Shown here one piece after another: positions 6,118 to 15,498 of a stretch of DNA of 64,000 bases; the first letter of the stretch is position 1, and the number at the start of each line of letters is the position of its first letter. A program made the translations under genes and the position numbers. Location: IMG/VR virus record IMGVR_UViG_3300050508_000301; one strand, 5' to 3'. The stretch comes from an uncultured virus (IMG/VR IMGVR_UViG_3300050508_000301). Taxonomy: Duplodnaviria > Heunggongvirae > Uroviricota > Caudoviricetes. A model generated the notes under the pieces. That model searched no databases. It was given only the letters and a program-made list of their open reading frames with translations, and was not told where the DNA came from.

Positions 6118-7212
6118 CTAGCGTAGGGGCACCAGTGTATCAGGCCCAGTGGTAAACGCTGCAAGTCGGGCCGGGTGGTTCATCGTACCGAGGTCGGTTT
6201 CGATGCGCTGCAAAAACGGCCACAGCCCCTCGTGGTGGTCCAGCACCCCTCGGTCATCTGTGTCTGCCAGCTCGGGGAACACGTAGTCGACGAAGGTCAG
6301 TACCGGATGGATGCGGTCCGATGGCCACCCGTTCGCAACCATCGCTCGGTAGGCTAGGGTGGCGTCCCACTCGCCAATTCTGCGGATTTTCTTGGTGACT
6401 GTAGTCCGCTCCGGCTTGATGTAGCCATTGGTGCGGGTCGCCAATTCTTCCCAGGTCAACTCCCGATACATCGGACCGCTGTTGCCCGCTACCCGGATCG
6501 GGTAGGTGCGAAACACCGGCCACACCTGCAGCTCGATGTTGGGCGCCCAGGGGCTGAGTCCTGTCATCGCCAGGAAGTCGATCGCCCTACAGTCCGAGGA
6601 GGTGCAGTACGGGTATTCGCCTGCGTGCAGGCCCAGGCCGAACCCCTGGGTGCCTTCGATGATGACGTCCTTGTCGCTGGAGAAGGCCGAGTACAGCATC
6701 GGGGTCGTCGGCACCATGTTGATGGACATATCGTCCATGTCGCCATCCCGGGGGAGAGATTTGTACCATTCCTCCCAGGTCATCGCAGTGCGCATCAGTC
6801 GATCGGACCGGGCAGCGCCAATACCTTTGGCAGTCGACCCGATCCGGCCGGTCAGCTTGGCCTCGGCCTGTTTGTGGTCGTCAGTGATGACCGTGGCTTC
6901 AGGGTCGACCCACAGCCGGTCTCGCACTGGGATGCCGGCAGCCTCGAGCTGGTTGATCTCGCCGTACAATACATCGGGGTCGATCTCGGAGCCGGCGGCG
7001 ATCACAAGCCGACAGTCCCGGTTGGTGACTGCTGCGCAGGGGATCTGCCTCAAAGCGAACCCGACTCCATCCTGGTATGCGGTGTGACCTGCGTTCGGAC
7101 CCGCCACCCTGACCACAGCGCCCACATGGGGCGATTTGGCTAGCCATCCGGTTACGTGACCTTTGGCCTCGGACCCTGTTTGACCACCGACCACAACATG
7201 CAGATTAGCCAT
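6118..7212 (-). CDS. purZ: PurA paralog of PurZ type (probably GTP-using PurZ0)
   Basis: GGQTGSEAKG (Ser in place of the PurA Asp), GPNAGHT, IGSTAKGIG, EGTQG, YPYCTS, RVAGNSGP, TTVTKKIRR, TFVD. Confidence 0.8.
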   Translation of the reverse strand: MANLHVVVGGQTGSEAKGHVTGWLAKSPHVGAVVRVAGPNAGHTAYQDGVGFALRQIPCAAVTNRDCRLVIAAGSEIDPDVLYGEINQLEAAGIPVRDRLWVDPEATVITDDHKQAEAKLTGRIGSTAKGIGAARSDRLMRTAMTWEEWYKSLPRDGDMDDMSINMVPTTPMLYSAFSSDKDVIIEGTQGFGLGLHAGEYPYCTSSDCRAIDFLAMTGLSPWAPNIELQVWPVFRTYPIRVAGNSGPMYRELTWEELATRTNGYIKPERTTVTKKIRRIGEWDATLAYRAMVANGWPSDRIHPVLTFVDYVFPELADTDDRGVLDHHEGLWPFLQRIETDLGTMNHPARLAAFTTGPDTLVPLR

Positions 7213-7213
7213 A

Positions 7214-7522
7214 TCAGCCCTTCCTAGAGGGTATAATGCTTCCGGTTCGACTCTGACTCTGCCGAAGCCGAGTACAAAGATACTCGTAACGGATCCGGTG
7301 CAAGGCGGTCAACACCATGTCGAGCGCCCTAAGATCCTCCATGGTCATGTGCTGAAACACCGGATGTGGAAGCTCTGCCCACTTTGCCAGCTCCCGGATC
7401 ATTTGTCGATGCCAGTCCCGCTCCTCTGGGTTGCGACCTCCGTCATCGTCGTCGTAAGCCCCCGACACCAAGTCGAAAACCTCTTTGCGATCAGCTGGAC
7501 TCAGCTTATACGAGCTTTGCAT
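7214..7522 (-). CDS. hypothetical protein, leaderless
   Basis: ATG 7 nt after TTGACC-N18-TAGGCT. Confidence 0.65.
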   Translation of the reverse strand: MQSSYKLSPADRKEVFDLVSGAYDDDDGGRNPEERDWHRQMIRELAKWAELPHPVFQHMTMEDLRALDMVLTALHRIRYEYLCTRLRQSQSRTGSIIPSRKG

Positions 7523-7562
7523 GCCACGCAGCCTACGCTAGCCCTTGCCAAGCGGTCAAGTA

Positions 7563-8549
7563 CTAGACTGGCCCGCCCGAATCGCCTTCATCCATCGTTG
7601 CGCTCGGCTGTGCACTCACCCAGGCTTCGATCTTGCCGACCCGATTCTGCAGGTCAATCAGCCGCAGGGTCTGCTGGTCTTCCTTGGCGAAATGGCCGTC
7701 CATGAATCGCTGCCAGTCGTCGACCTCGGCGAAAGGCACGGATTTGCGCTGATAGCCAGCCTTATCGAAGGCAGCCATGTACTCGTTCAGTTCGGTAGCG
7801 TTAGGGAACCCTACCAACGCTCCGTCGACGAACACACGGGGCGGCTTGTTGGGAGCTGAATACACGGTGTAGTACGGCACGTCGTCTCCTAGGGGGGAGT
7901 GCAGGGCCTGCAATCGGGGGATGATAATGCCCTTGATTTGTAGAATCCGAGCATCAGTCGGACATGTCTTGCCAGTCGCTTTGGACCACTGCACACCACC
8001 GGACACCAAGTGATCCGGATAGTTACCGATAATCCCTTGCCGGTGATAGCCGATCCCCCGGTTGCTGCGCAAGGTATTGGGGATCAACACCCGAGGGATA
8101 CCGACCTGATGGCAACGCCAAGTGGACGGACAAGCAGCATGAGCCGGGACGCTGCACAGCCAGTCGACCAGCTTCACAATGGCGTCAAGCTGTTTGGGTG
8201 TCCACGGCTGGATCGGTTCGAAGCCGTTATCGGCTGTCTCAATCGAGATCACATAGGGGTTGCCGTCAAGGTTGGCGTCAGCTTGGAAGTGCAGGTCCTG
8301 CCACTGAAACACGACGCCATCGAACCCGCCGACGTCCGGTCCCCATTTGCCGCCGACCCCGAAATGGGACTCCAATCCTGCGTAACCATCTGGACGCCAC
8401 GCCCGATCGACGCTGAGCAGATAGCCAACCATGGTGTGTAGGCACACAACGTCGTGACCCACCATCGCAGATTCGGTCTGGTTGGTCGACAGCGGCACCC
8501 ATCGTGAGATACTAGGTGGAGCTACCTGCATCGGCCCTCCTACGGACAA
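7563..8549 (-). CDS. endolysin, N-acetylmuramoyl-L-alanine amidase (Amidase_2)
   Basis: CLHTMVG, SHFGV, ANLDGN, ISIET, IGYH, KTCP. Confidence 0.88.
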   Translation of the reverse strand: MSVGGPMQVAPPSISRWVPLSTNQTESAMVGHDVVCLHTMVGYLLSVDRAWRPDGYAGLESHFGVGGKWGPDVGGFDGVVFQWQDLHFQADANLDGNPYVISIETADNGFEPIQPWTPKQLDAIVKLVDWLCSVPAHAACPSTWRCHQVGIPRVLIPNTLRSNRGIGYHRQGIIGNYPDHLVSGGVQWSKATGKTCPTDARILQIKGIIIPRLQALHSPLGDDVPYYTVYSAPNKPPRVFVDGALVGFPNATELNEYMAAFDKAGYQRKSVPFAEVDDWQRFMDGHFAKEDQQTLRLIDLQNRVGKIEAWVSAQPSATMDEGDSGGPV

Positions 8550-8739
8550 ACTGTTCGCCCCGCCTGCGAGCTAACTTACACTGCAGATCATCGAATCGAT
8601 CGCCGACCCAACCGAAAAGCCCACTCTCGGACCTGGCCCAAAACCACAACATCAGCCGATGGGCTAGACGCTCGACCCGACCAGCCTTGGTGAAGATAAC
8701 ACCCACCATGACCTCGATGCGGTGGTCGTCTAACGCCAT
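8512..8739 (-). CDS. hypothetical protein
   Basis: Packed operon ORF. Confidence 0.5.
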   Translation of the reverse strand: MALDDHRIEVMVGVIFTKAGRVERLAHRLMLWFWARSESGLFGWVGDRFDDLQCKLARRRGEQFVRRRADAGSST

Positions 8740-8927
8740 TTAGCGCCACCTCTGCCTGAGTGAAGGTGAGGCCAATGGCCCGGTTGGAGCTGACAACGCC
8801 CGAAGTTCCTATGTACGGCAGAACATTGAGTCGACGTCCGACCCCAGCAGTACATGCCGTAGACAATCAAAGCTGCGATGATCACACCGGGCCACCACAT
8901 CAGAGGTCCGCCCTCGGTGGGAGCCAC
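8730..8927 (-). CDS. small membrane protein
   Basis: TM helix followed by C..C..GH..H. Confidence 0.5.
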   Translation of the reverse strand: MAPTEGGPLMWWPGVIIAALIVYGMYCWGRTSTQCSAVHRNFGRCQLQPGHWPHLHSGRGGAKWR

Positions 8928-9050
8928 CGACGAGAACCACGCTTCCCAGCGAGCACAGCCAGCTCATCAGCCTCTTGCAGGAGCCGCATCTTGCCCTCGA
9001 GACCCTGCAGCTCTTTACGGGCGAGCGGGTACCAGTCCACCGGGATCTCG

Positions 9051-9419
9051 TCAGGCATGGCCACCCCCTGGCATCAGCTCGAGTGGTCCGCTCGTCAGTT
9101 CCGGCACTACCTCGAGCCGGCGAGGCTGCGGCGCATACTCCTGCGACCACTGGTTGAACAGGTCATTCAGCTGCGTGAAGGCGGTCGCATAATTCGGAGC
9201 TTTGATCCAAACATAGTCCCGCATGACCGCGCTCACCTCAATATACGACGGTCCCCGACTTCGTATGCCGGCGTCAAACTGCCCGGCAAAAAACAGATCG
9301 TCGTCGAATTGGTGCTCGATCTCGACCCGACTCAGCGTCTTACTAGCATACAGGCAAACACCTTCATCGACTTGGATACCGAAGATAATCCAGTCCGGTT
9401 GCCAGTGATGCCCAGTCAT
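9051..9419 (-). CDS. hypothetical protein
   Basis: Protein-like composition. Confidence 0.6.
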   Translation of the reverse strand: MTGHHWQPDWIIFGIQVDEGVCLYASKTLSRVEIEHQFDDDLFFAGQFDAGIRSRGPSYIEVSAVMRDYVWIKAPNYATAFTQLNDLFNQWSQEYAPQPRRLEVVPELTSGPLELMPGGGHA

Positions 9420-9420
9420 A

Positions 9421-9741
9421 CGAGGACAGTCCTGAGACGTTGCAGTCTGTCAAAGGGCTTGGATAAGGAAAGGGATACGGGTGTGCACCGTGCCCCGATC
9501 ACGTAGGACCGGAGTGATAACCACTTCCCTGCTCTAGGCTCAATAGTTGACCCAAAACGGTTCACAAGACTGTCCTCGAAGGTTGGGTAGTCCGACCGGG
9601 AGGAGGACATGACATCCGACACTGAGGTGTTAGCCGGACCACCCAACGTGCAGCACCATGTCGAAGTAGGAGTGAGGAGTGGGCACGCCTCGTCCCCATG
9701 ATGCCACACGTTCGATTGTCCGACCTATCCCCCGCTGCCAT
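9421..9741 (-). ncRNA. candidate structured ncRNA
   Basis: Promoter TTGCCC-N18-TAGAGT (9748-9777); 14-bp stem 9421-9434/9565-9578 and 15-bp stem 9582-9596/9633-9647, whose wobbles are G-U only on the minus strand. Confidence 0.5.
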
Positions 9742-9745
9742 AGCC

Positions 9746-10261
9746 CTACTCTAGCACACGCTTTGACACCGGGGCAAGCGGGCTATCAGCAGTAGCCAGA
9801 TGATGTTCAGCCAGTCCAGGAGACGGATGCTTCTGCTCCAACAGCCACCAATAACCATGTACCACCGCATCCCGGGCATGCCCCCGCTGATCAGTCGGAA
9901 TGTGTGACATGTCCGGCATCTCAAACCCGTGCGCCCGCATACGTGCGAAACCAGGCCGTTTTATCAGCGCAGGCTGCTTAACGCAAGGAATCTTACGATG
10001 CAAGCATTTGTGTTTGACAGCACCAATAACCTCAACTGTGGTACATTCCGACCACGTAACCTGTTCGCCATAGTTACGCCACTGCTCGATGACCACATGG
10101 TCAAGCTGGGCGTTATCGAGCATAGACCAGAACCATTGCACCGCTGGGTCTGGCTCCAACACGTTCACCTCGATCACGGCGAAGCCCCACATGATCACAT
10201 AACCGACGTGGCGCTCACCTGGATCAATAGCCAACACCCTCGTGGTTTCGAGGAGCCTCAT
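9746..10261 (-). CDS. RuvC-like Holliday junction resolvase
   Basis: VLAIDPG, VVIE, HARDAVVHG. Confidence 0.78.
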   Translation of the reverse strand: MRLLETTRVLAIDPGERHVGYVIMWGFAVIEVNVLEPDPAVQWFWSMLDNAQLDHVVIEQWRNYGEQVTWSECTTVEVIGAVKHKCLHRKIPCVKQPALIKRPGFARMRAHGFEMPDMSHIPTDQRGHARDAVVHGYWWLLEQKHPSPGLAEHHLATADSPLAPVSKRVLE

Positions 10262-10569
10262 AGCTTATCGTGGTTCCGAGCCACGGCTGCGTTAGCGTGC
10301 GCCATGGCCTCGTCGATCAACTTAGTCAGAGCTAGCGATAATTCTCGACCCTCTGGGCAGATCTCCACGTAGATGTGCGCCAGATTGGCAGTCGCTACCC
10401 GGATCCGATTGTGCAGCTCGACAGCCTTCTCACCGGGCGGGTAATACCGGACATCTCGATCGATCCGGTCATGTAGCTCTTGCTTAGCCATCCGTACCTC
10501 TCTCGCTATAGGGAAATGCAAACCCACCAGAGCGGGCGTATTCGGATTCCACGCATTCATGCGGCCCAC
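10258..10569 (-). CDS. Acb2/Tad1-like helical hairpin protein
   Basis: YYPP..CPEGRELSLALTKL..EAMAHANAAVAR. Confidence 0.6.
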   Translation of the reverse strand: MGRMNAWNPNTPALVGLHFPIAREVRMAKQELHDRIDRDVRYYPPGEKAVELHNRIRVATANLAHIYVEICPEGRELSLALTKLIDEAMAHANAAVARNHDKL

Positions 10570-12461
10570 GGCTTCGCATCAACCTTCCATGGGATGACAT
10601 GGCTTTTGTCCCACCCACCGAACAGCTCCATCAGCCACTCCTCCATGAGAGCAACTACGAGCTTGACCAACGCCATCCCCTCCTCGCCGGCAGGCACCTC
10701 CAACATCAACGAGTCGTGGATCTCGTTAAGCATCAGGCCTGGGTACTCGTACTCGACCTCGACCTTGATGATCTTCATCACCTCGGCCACATTGCACTGG
10801 ATCAGCTGGTTCATCGCCTTGTACGGATGGAAACTGCGTTCCATATCCGAGAACCAACGGCGACGGCCAGTCACCAACTGCACATAGCCGAACCGCTTAA
10901 CCCGGTACTCCTGGTCCCGATACAGCTTTACGAACTGGGGGAACGTAGCCCGGTAATCGTCGAGCCACTCTCTGGCCTGGGATTCCGGGACGACGATATC
11001 CCCCTGCTCCTTAAGCGTCTGTCGAAACTTTCTCGGGCCAGCGCCATAAAGCGTGGCGAAGGTAAGCCTCTTCGCCAGGGTACGCCATTTCGACCAATCT
11101 CCGTCATCAGGGGAGACCCCGAACACTCGTATGGCAGTTTGACCGTGAACATCGTCACCTGCTAAGAGGACCTGCCGCATCGGCTCACATTCAGCACAAT
11201 GCGTCGCCACACGGACTTCCGCCTGGGAGATGTCGACCTCCCAGAGTTCGTGATCCGGTTTGGCCTTGAAGAAACTTCGTATAGAAGGCACACCAGCTGG
11301 GAGTCTGAAATCGTGCGGGATCGCCTGTAGCTGTACCCGCTCCACGGAGAGTCGTCCAGAGATCGTCCCCCGACCGCTCCCTTGCTGACCATCAGCTTTG
11401 GTTTGGTGGTAGGATGGCCGGAGTCGCCCATCTGGACCACATAGCTCAGGCCAGTTCTCGTACCATTTCGTTAACGCCGAGCTGAGGTTGCTGAGCTGCT
11501 CATATTCGGCTGCTCCCGGGATATTGCGTGCACGCAGCTCCCGCACCGCATCCTGATCAACCGACGGAACCGGGTTTTTGCCTTCGGTCCAGCTAACAGG
11601 CTCCGCAGCCTGTTTGGTAAAGAACCACCACCTGGCTCCTGCCGGGGTCGGATCACGCCGCCACTCTCGTTTGAGCTGGAGCCGCAGGAAGTCCCGTTCC
11701 CGCCGGAGCTTGGCCGCAGCCTCCCTACAGGCCTCGACGTCGAATCCGACGCCTCGGGTTTCCATCCGATACAGGCAGATCGCAAGGTCGATCTCTCGGT
11801 CAATCAACTCGAACGGCTCACCTACTGAACCTTCGTCGATCAGCGACCTCTGGTGGTGGTAGAGCCGCAGACATTGTTCGACGTCTTTGGTGGCGTAGGG
11901 AGCAACCAGGTCCCAGGGTGCGAGGTCGTAGCGGGGGTTCCCTCGAGCGTCCTTGTGTTTCTTGAGCCATTGGGCGAGGCGGCGCTCTGCGTCTCGCTCG
12001 GTCTCGCCCCACAACCGCTCACAGGTCGGTTTCAATCCGGTCGGATAACCCGGGAAGATGATCGGGCACACGACTTGCGTATCCCACATCACATTATTCG
12101 ACAGGTCAACGCCCTGCTCGTATTTCCGGTGCCCAGCCCGCATCATCAAAAGATCGAACTTGACGTTGTGGGCCATGAGCCGCTGGCGTCTCAACCACTG
12201 ACACAGCTCGACCCACTCGGCCTCACTCAGGTTCGGAGCGTCGTCGAAAAAACTGGCTTGCAGGCCCTTCGCATCCGGCTTGTCAAGCACGCCCTGATCG
12301 AAAGCAAAACACCGGGTCTGGATCGCTCCCGGATCGCCCCAAGCTACGGTTACGATCGCTGGTCGTGCGCCTTCATCCGTGAATAGGCCCGAGGTTTCAG
12401 TATCGAACGCTACGATCAGACCGCTACGGTCGGGGAGCTGATCGGTGATAGCGGTCGGCAC
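10557..12461 (-). CDS. family A DNA polymerase with 3'-5' exonuclease
   Basis: DTETSG, HNVKFD, YATKD; TISGRLS, DISQAEVR, RTLAKRLTFATLYG, IHDSL. Confidence 0.95.
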   Translation of the reverse strand: MPTAITDQLPDRSGLIVAFDTETSGLFTDEGARPAIVTVAWGDPGAIQTRCFAFDQGVLDKPDAKGLQASFFDDAPNLSEAEWVELCQWLRRQRLMAHNVKFDLLMMRAGHRKYEQGVDLSNNVMWDTQVVCPIIFPGYPTGLKPTCERLWGETERDAERRLAQWLKKHKDARGNPRYDLAPWDLVAPYATKDVEQCLRLYHHQRSLIDEGSVGEPFELIDREIDLAICLYRMETRGVGFDVEACREAAAKLRRERDFLRLQLKREWRRDPTPAGARWWFFTKQAAEPVSWTEGKNPVPSVDQDAVRELRARNIPGAAEYEQLSNLSSALTKWYENWPELCGPDGRLRPSYHQTKADGQQGSGRGTISGRLSVERVQLQAIPHDFRLPAGVPSIRSFFKAKPDHELWEVDISQAEVRVATHCAECEPMRQVLLAGDDVHGQTAIRVFGVSPDDGDWSKWRTLAKRLTFATLYGAGPRKFRQTLKEQGDIVVPESQAREWLDDYRATFPQFVKLYRDQEYRVKRFGYVQLVTGRRRWFSDMERSFHPYKAMNQLIQCNVAEVMKIIKVEVEYEYPGLMLNEIHDSLMLEVPAGEEGMALVKLVVALMEEWLMELFGGWDKSHVIPWKVDAKPWAA

Positions 12462-12500
12462 GCCCCGCAGTCTAGCACACAGCCGCTAAACACGCCAGAA

Positions 12501-14120
12501 CTAGGCGGTCTTGCGGAACTCGCAGTCGACGAAATGCGCAGCCCCAGCGTTCAAACCGGTCTTGCGGAGGGTGACTGAGTAGGGACCAGGCGTATCGATG
12601 GTGATGGTGCTCGAGAGCGCAGTACCAACGATGTTACCAGTCGTGCCAGTCGATGCACCGGTCGTACCCAAGCTGGTACCGTTGACGAGCACCTGCCATT
12701 CGCCGCCCAGCGTGGTGACTTCGCCATACCGCAGTGCGGGAGTGTAGACCCCTCGGTTGAACCACTTGCGGTGACGCCGTTCAGCTACGGTCGAGGATGC
12801 CGGAGTTGCATCCCGCCATGTGCCGTTCGCAGCGGACACCAGAGCGAGGGATTGGGCGTAGTTGAGCCGAAAGTCGGGCGGATCCAGCGCATTGATGTAG
12901 ACGTTGCCTTTGGAGTCCCACAGACCGGGTTGTGGAACATCAGGGATCACGAATCCCTCGATAAAGGCGGCGACGATATTGGCCACCCACTGCTGGCCTG
13001 CATCGTTCATATGGCTAGCGTTGAGGAAGATGTCCCAATCGACACCCTTGCGAGCCATGAACCGACGCAGATCCAGAACCGCCACCCTGTCTGGGTTGTA
13101 TCGATTCCGCACCGACCACATCTGATCGACATAGGCGTCAGACTGGGTGGGGAATGCGAGCAACAGGAACCCAGGATCAGTCGTGATCCCTAGCGCATCC
13201 AAACCGAGGTCGATGGTGGTGATGATCGACAGCAGGTTATTAGCATAAACCCCTGGATCGACCGCACCAACTTGGTCGTTAGCACCAAGCCCGATGATGA
13301 ACAGACTGGGATAGGTTCCGGTCGGTTGGTTGGCGACCACGTTTAGCAGCGAGGTCGACCAGTTCGGCCGGATGATGTAGTCATTGGTCTGGAACCCAGC
13401 GTGACCGAACGCCATGGTCCGGACGATCCGACCCGGAACACCCAACGAGAAGATCTCGTTATCAGTGACAACTGCGCCCTCGAGCAGCAACGTACCAGAC
13501 GTGCTCGTGATAACCAGGGTATGGAATCCGTACCCATCCGCCAGGTAGGTTTGGATCCTGCCTGGCAGCTCAGTGCCGTTCGCAGCTATAGCGGTTTGAG
13601 CTGCGCCGTCGAGAGTGACCGCTGCGGCTGCTGGCCCGCCCGGAGTCCGAGTATAAACGACATTGATGGATTCACCAACGAATGTGATCGTCGCCGTCGA
13701 CCCGCTGACCATGGTCACAGCATGGAGATCGCCACCATGCGTCACATCCGCCGCCGGAGCAACTGAATACACCCAAGGAGCCTGCCCACCAGGCCACGAC
13801 CCCGCTACCGTGTCTGAGAACGTACCGGTCGCTGCCGGGATGTACTGGGTCCCGCCCATCCGCTGTCGGTTCAATCGACGAGCCAGATAGCGAGTCCACA
13901 TGAACTCACGTTTGGTGGGAGCAAACGCTTCGGTCAGGCTGTCGCCTGGGCCGATCACCACCGTCGCAGATCGAGCTTCCAGGTCGGTCGGGTGGTCGGT
14001 CCGTGCTCGAGCCGCATCAGTACGGTATCGAGACAACGCACCCGCTGCCAAACCCTCCATCGCTGCCTGTTGAAGCAGCTCTGGCAACCCCAGCGTGTAG
14101 ACCGGTATGGTGGGTGCCAT
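12501..14120 (-). CDS. SGNH/GDSL hydrolase-domain protein, possibly virion-associated
   Basis: GDSLT, GHAG, GAND, NASHMN; beta-rich inserts. Confidence 0.72.
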   Translation of the reverse strand: MAPTIPVYTLGLPELLQQAAMEGLAAGALSRYRTDAARARTDHPTDLEARSATVVIGPGDSLTEAFAPTKREFMWTRYLARRLNRQRMGGTQYIPAATGTFSDTVAGSWPGGQAPWVYSVAPAADVTHGGDLHAVTMVSGSTATITFVGESINVVYTRTPGGPAAAAVTLDGAAQTAIAANGTELPGRIQTYLADGYGFHTLVITSTSGTLLLEGAVVTDNEIFSLGVPGRIVRTMAFGHAGFQTNDYIIRPNWSTSLLNVVANQPTGTYPSLFIIGLGANDQVGAVDPGVYANNLLSIITTIDLGLDALGITTDPGFLLLAFPTQSDAYVDQMWSVRNRYNPDRVAVLDLRRFMARKGVDWDIFLNASHMNDAGQQWVANIVAAFIEGFVIPDVPQPGLWDSKGNVYINALDPPDFRLNYAQSLALVSAANGTWRDATPASSTVAERRHRKWFNRGVYTPALRYGEVTTLGGEWQVLVNGTSLGTTGASTGTTGNIVGTALSSTITIDTPGPYSVTLRKTGLNAGAAHFVDCEFRKTA

Positions 14121-14191
14121 CAGGCCTCACACAGTTCGGGTCGCTGCCGCACGGCCGAAGCCTAGCACGGCCAGCGACCCGCTGTCAAGAC

Positions 14192-14716
14192 CTAAACGTC
14201 AGGGGTGACCTCGGTCGGTTCACCGGCAACGACGTTGACCCGCTCGGCCAGACCCGCCACGACGTTGAGCTGAAGATCGCCCGTGAGCACACCATCAGCC
14301 GTGGTGACGTCGACATGCACGTTGGCCAGGCCCAGCGCACCCACCGCAGCGGCATTGCCCGTGCCATCACCGTTGTCCGTGAGGTTGATCAGATCGGGGC
14401 GGTCGGTCGAGTACACCACCGAGCCAGGGTCAGGCACATCGCCGGTTGGGTTGCCAACCTCGTCGGTGAACTGGACGGACAGCGATACCTGCTTGTCAGC
14501 GGCGAGATCCATGGTGATTCCGGGCCTTCCTGGGCAGCGAAGCGGACCGCTGGGCTTAACGATCCGATCGGCGGGTGTCGTATCGGTCGGCACCCCCACG
14601 TGGATACGAAACCCGATCCTGCGGGTGCCGGGGATCCGCAGGTTAATCTGAAGGGTTGCGTCGCCGAGCGGGATGTCGATGGATCGATCATACCAGCCAT
14701 CCCGCCCGGCCGTCAA
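14192..14716 (-). CDS. Ig-like beta-sandwich protein (start uncertain)
   Basis: V/T/D/G-rich alternating strands in the C-terminal ~105 aa. Confidence 0.55.
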   Translation of the reverse strand: MTAGRDGWYDRSIDIPLGDATLQINLRIPGTRRIGFRIHVGVPTDTTPADRIVKPSGPLRCPGRPGITMDLAADKQVSLSVQFTDEVGNPTGDVPDPGSVVYSTDRPDLINLTDNGDGTGNAAAVGALGLANVHVDVTTADGVLTGDLQLNVVAGLAERVNVVAGEPTEVTPDV

Positions 14717-14725
14717 GACGCTATG

Positions 14726-14977
14726 TTAGCCCTGTGCTCGCTCCCAAGCCAGCTTATCGGCCTCAGACATCGCCCGCCAGCCCAAAATCTCGGTGGAGTG
14801 ACCCTCGCAAGCAAACGCCACCCGCTCCGGCCCAGTGTCGCCGTATCGGGGATCGGCAGGCACGGTGACCTCGACGATAGGGGCCATGCAGCGTCCCGTC
14901 ACAGGCCCATCCTCGGTTGGCACCCAAACCAGCTCCGGGCATTTGCCTTCTTCAATCAACTGCTGTTCGTAACCCAT
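14726..14977 (-). CDS. hypothetical protein, leaderless
   Basis: ATG 6 nt after TTGACA-N17-TAAAAT. Confidence 0.7.
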   Translation of the reverse strand: MGYEQQLIEEGKCPELVWVPTEDGPVTGRCMAPIVEVTVPADPRYGDTGPERVAFACEGHSTEILGWRAMSEADKLAWERAQG

Positions 14978-15008
14978 GCGCCCATTTTAGCACGTCCTTG
15001 ACTCTCTG

Positions 15009-15170
15009 TCAACTGCGCCAACGCTCGACGATCTTACGAGATTCTTTCAGCTCCTCGGCGATCCCGATAAGAGCGTGCAATATTCCGTTGAGCATCAAAA
15101 CCTGTGGAGTGTTCCCATCAGCCTGTCCGAACTCCTGCGAGAATCGGCGTGCTTGTTCAATATGGTCCAT
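15009..15170 (-). CDS. 53-aa hypothetical protein
   Basis: MDHIEQARRFSQEFGQ..; TGCTAGACT -10 box just upstream. Confidence 0.5.
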   Translation of the reverse strand: MDHIEQARRFSQEFGQADGNTPQVLMLNGILHALIGIAEELKESRKIVERWRS

Positions 15171-15189
15171 GACTCGGAGTCTAGCACGC

Positions 15190-15498
15190 TAGCCGTGAGA
15201 CTGCTGGGCCCCCGGAGCACCCCCTGCTCACGGAGCGACTTGCCTCCGAGACAAGCCCCCGGATATCTTTTTTTCAAAAAGCCAGAGAGCAGTCTCACCA
15301 GTCTCCCCCGGTCAGAAGCAGTCTCAGGGGCAGTCTCATAGCAGTCTCGTAGGTCCAAGAGCCAGTCTCAGAGCTATATTTAATAAACAACATTCACTAC
15401 GAGACGTAGTGGTCTCACTACGAGACTGCGTGTTATGCGGCGTGAGACTGCCCGAGACTACGGGGGTAGTCTCGCCCCCGGCAACACCGCAGTCTCAG
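15190..15498. repeat. probable replication origin: AGTCTC/GAGACT iterons around an AT-rich core
   Basis: About 15 GTCTC/GAGAC copies, mostly AGTCTC left and GAGAC right of TATATTTAATAAACAA (~15375-15390); directly downstream of the primase-helicase gene. Confidence 0.65.

Noticed and set aside
6118..7212. Ordinary purA
   Set aside because: Lacks the GDEGKG Asp and carries the RVAGNSGP motif typical of the PurZ/archaeal-like branch
10557..12461. Calling the polymerase DpoZ
   Set aside because: Z-selectivity cannot be judged from motifs by eye; needs phylogeny or an assay
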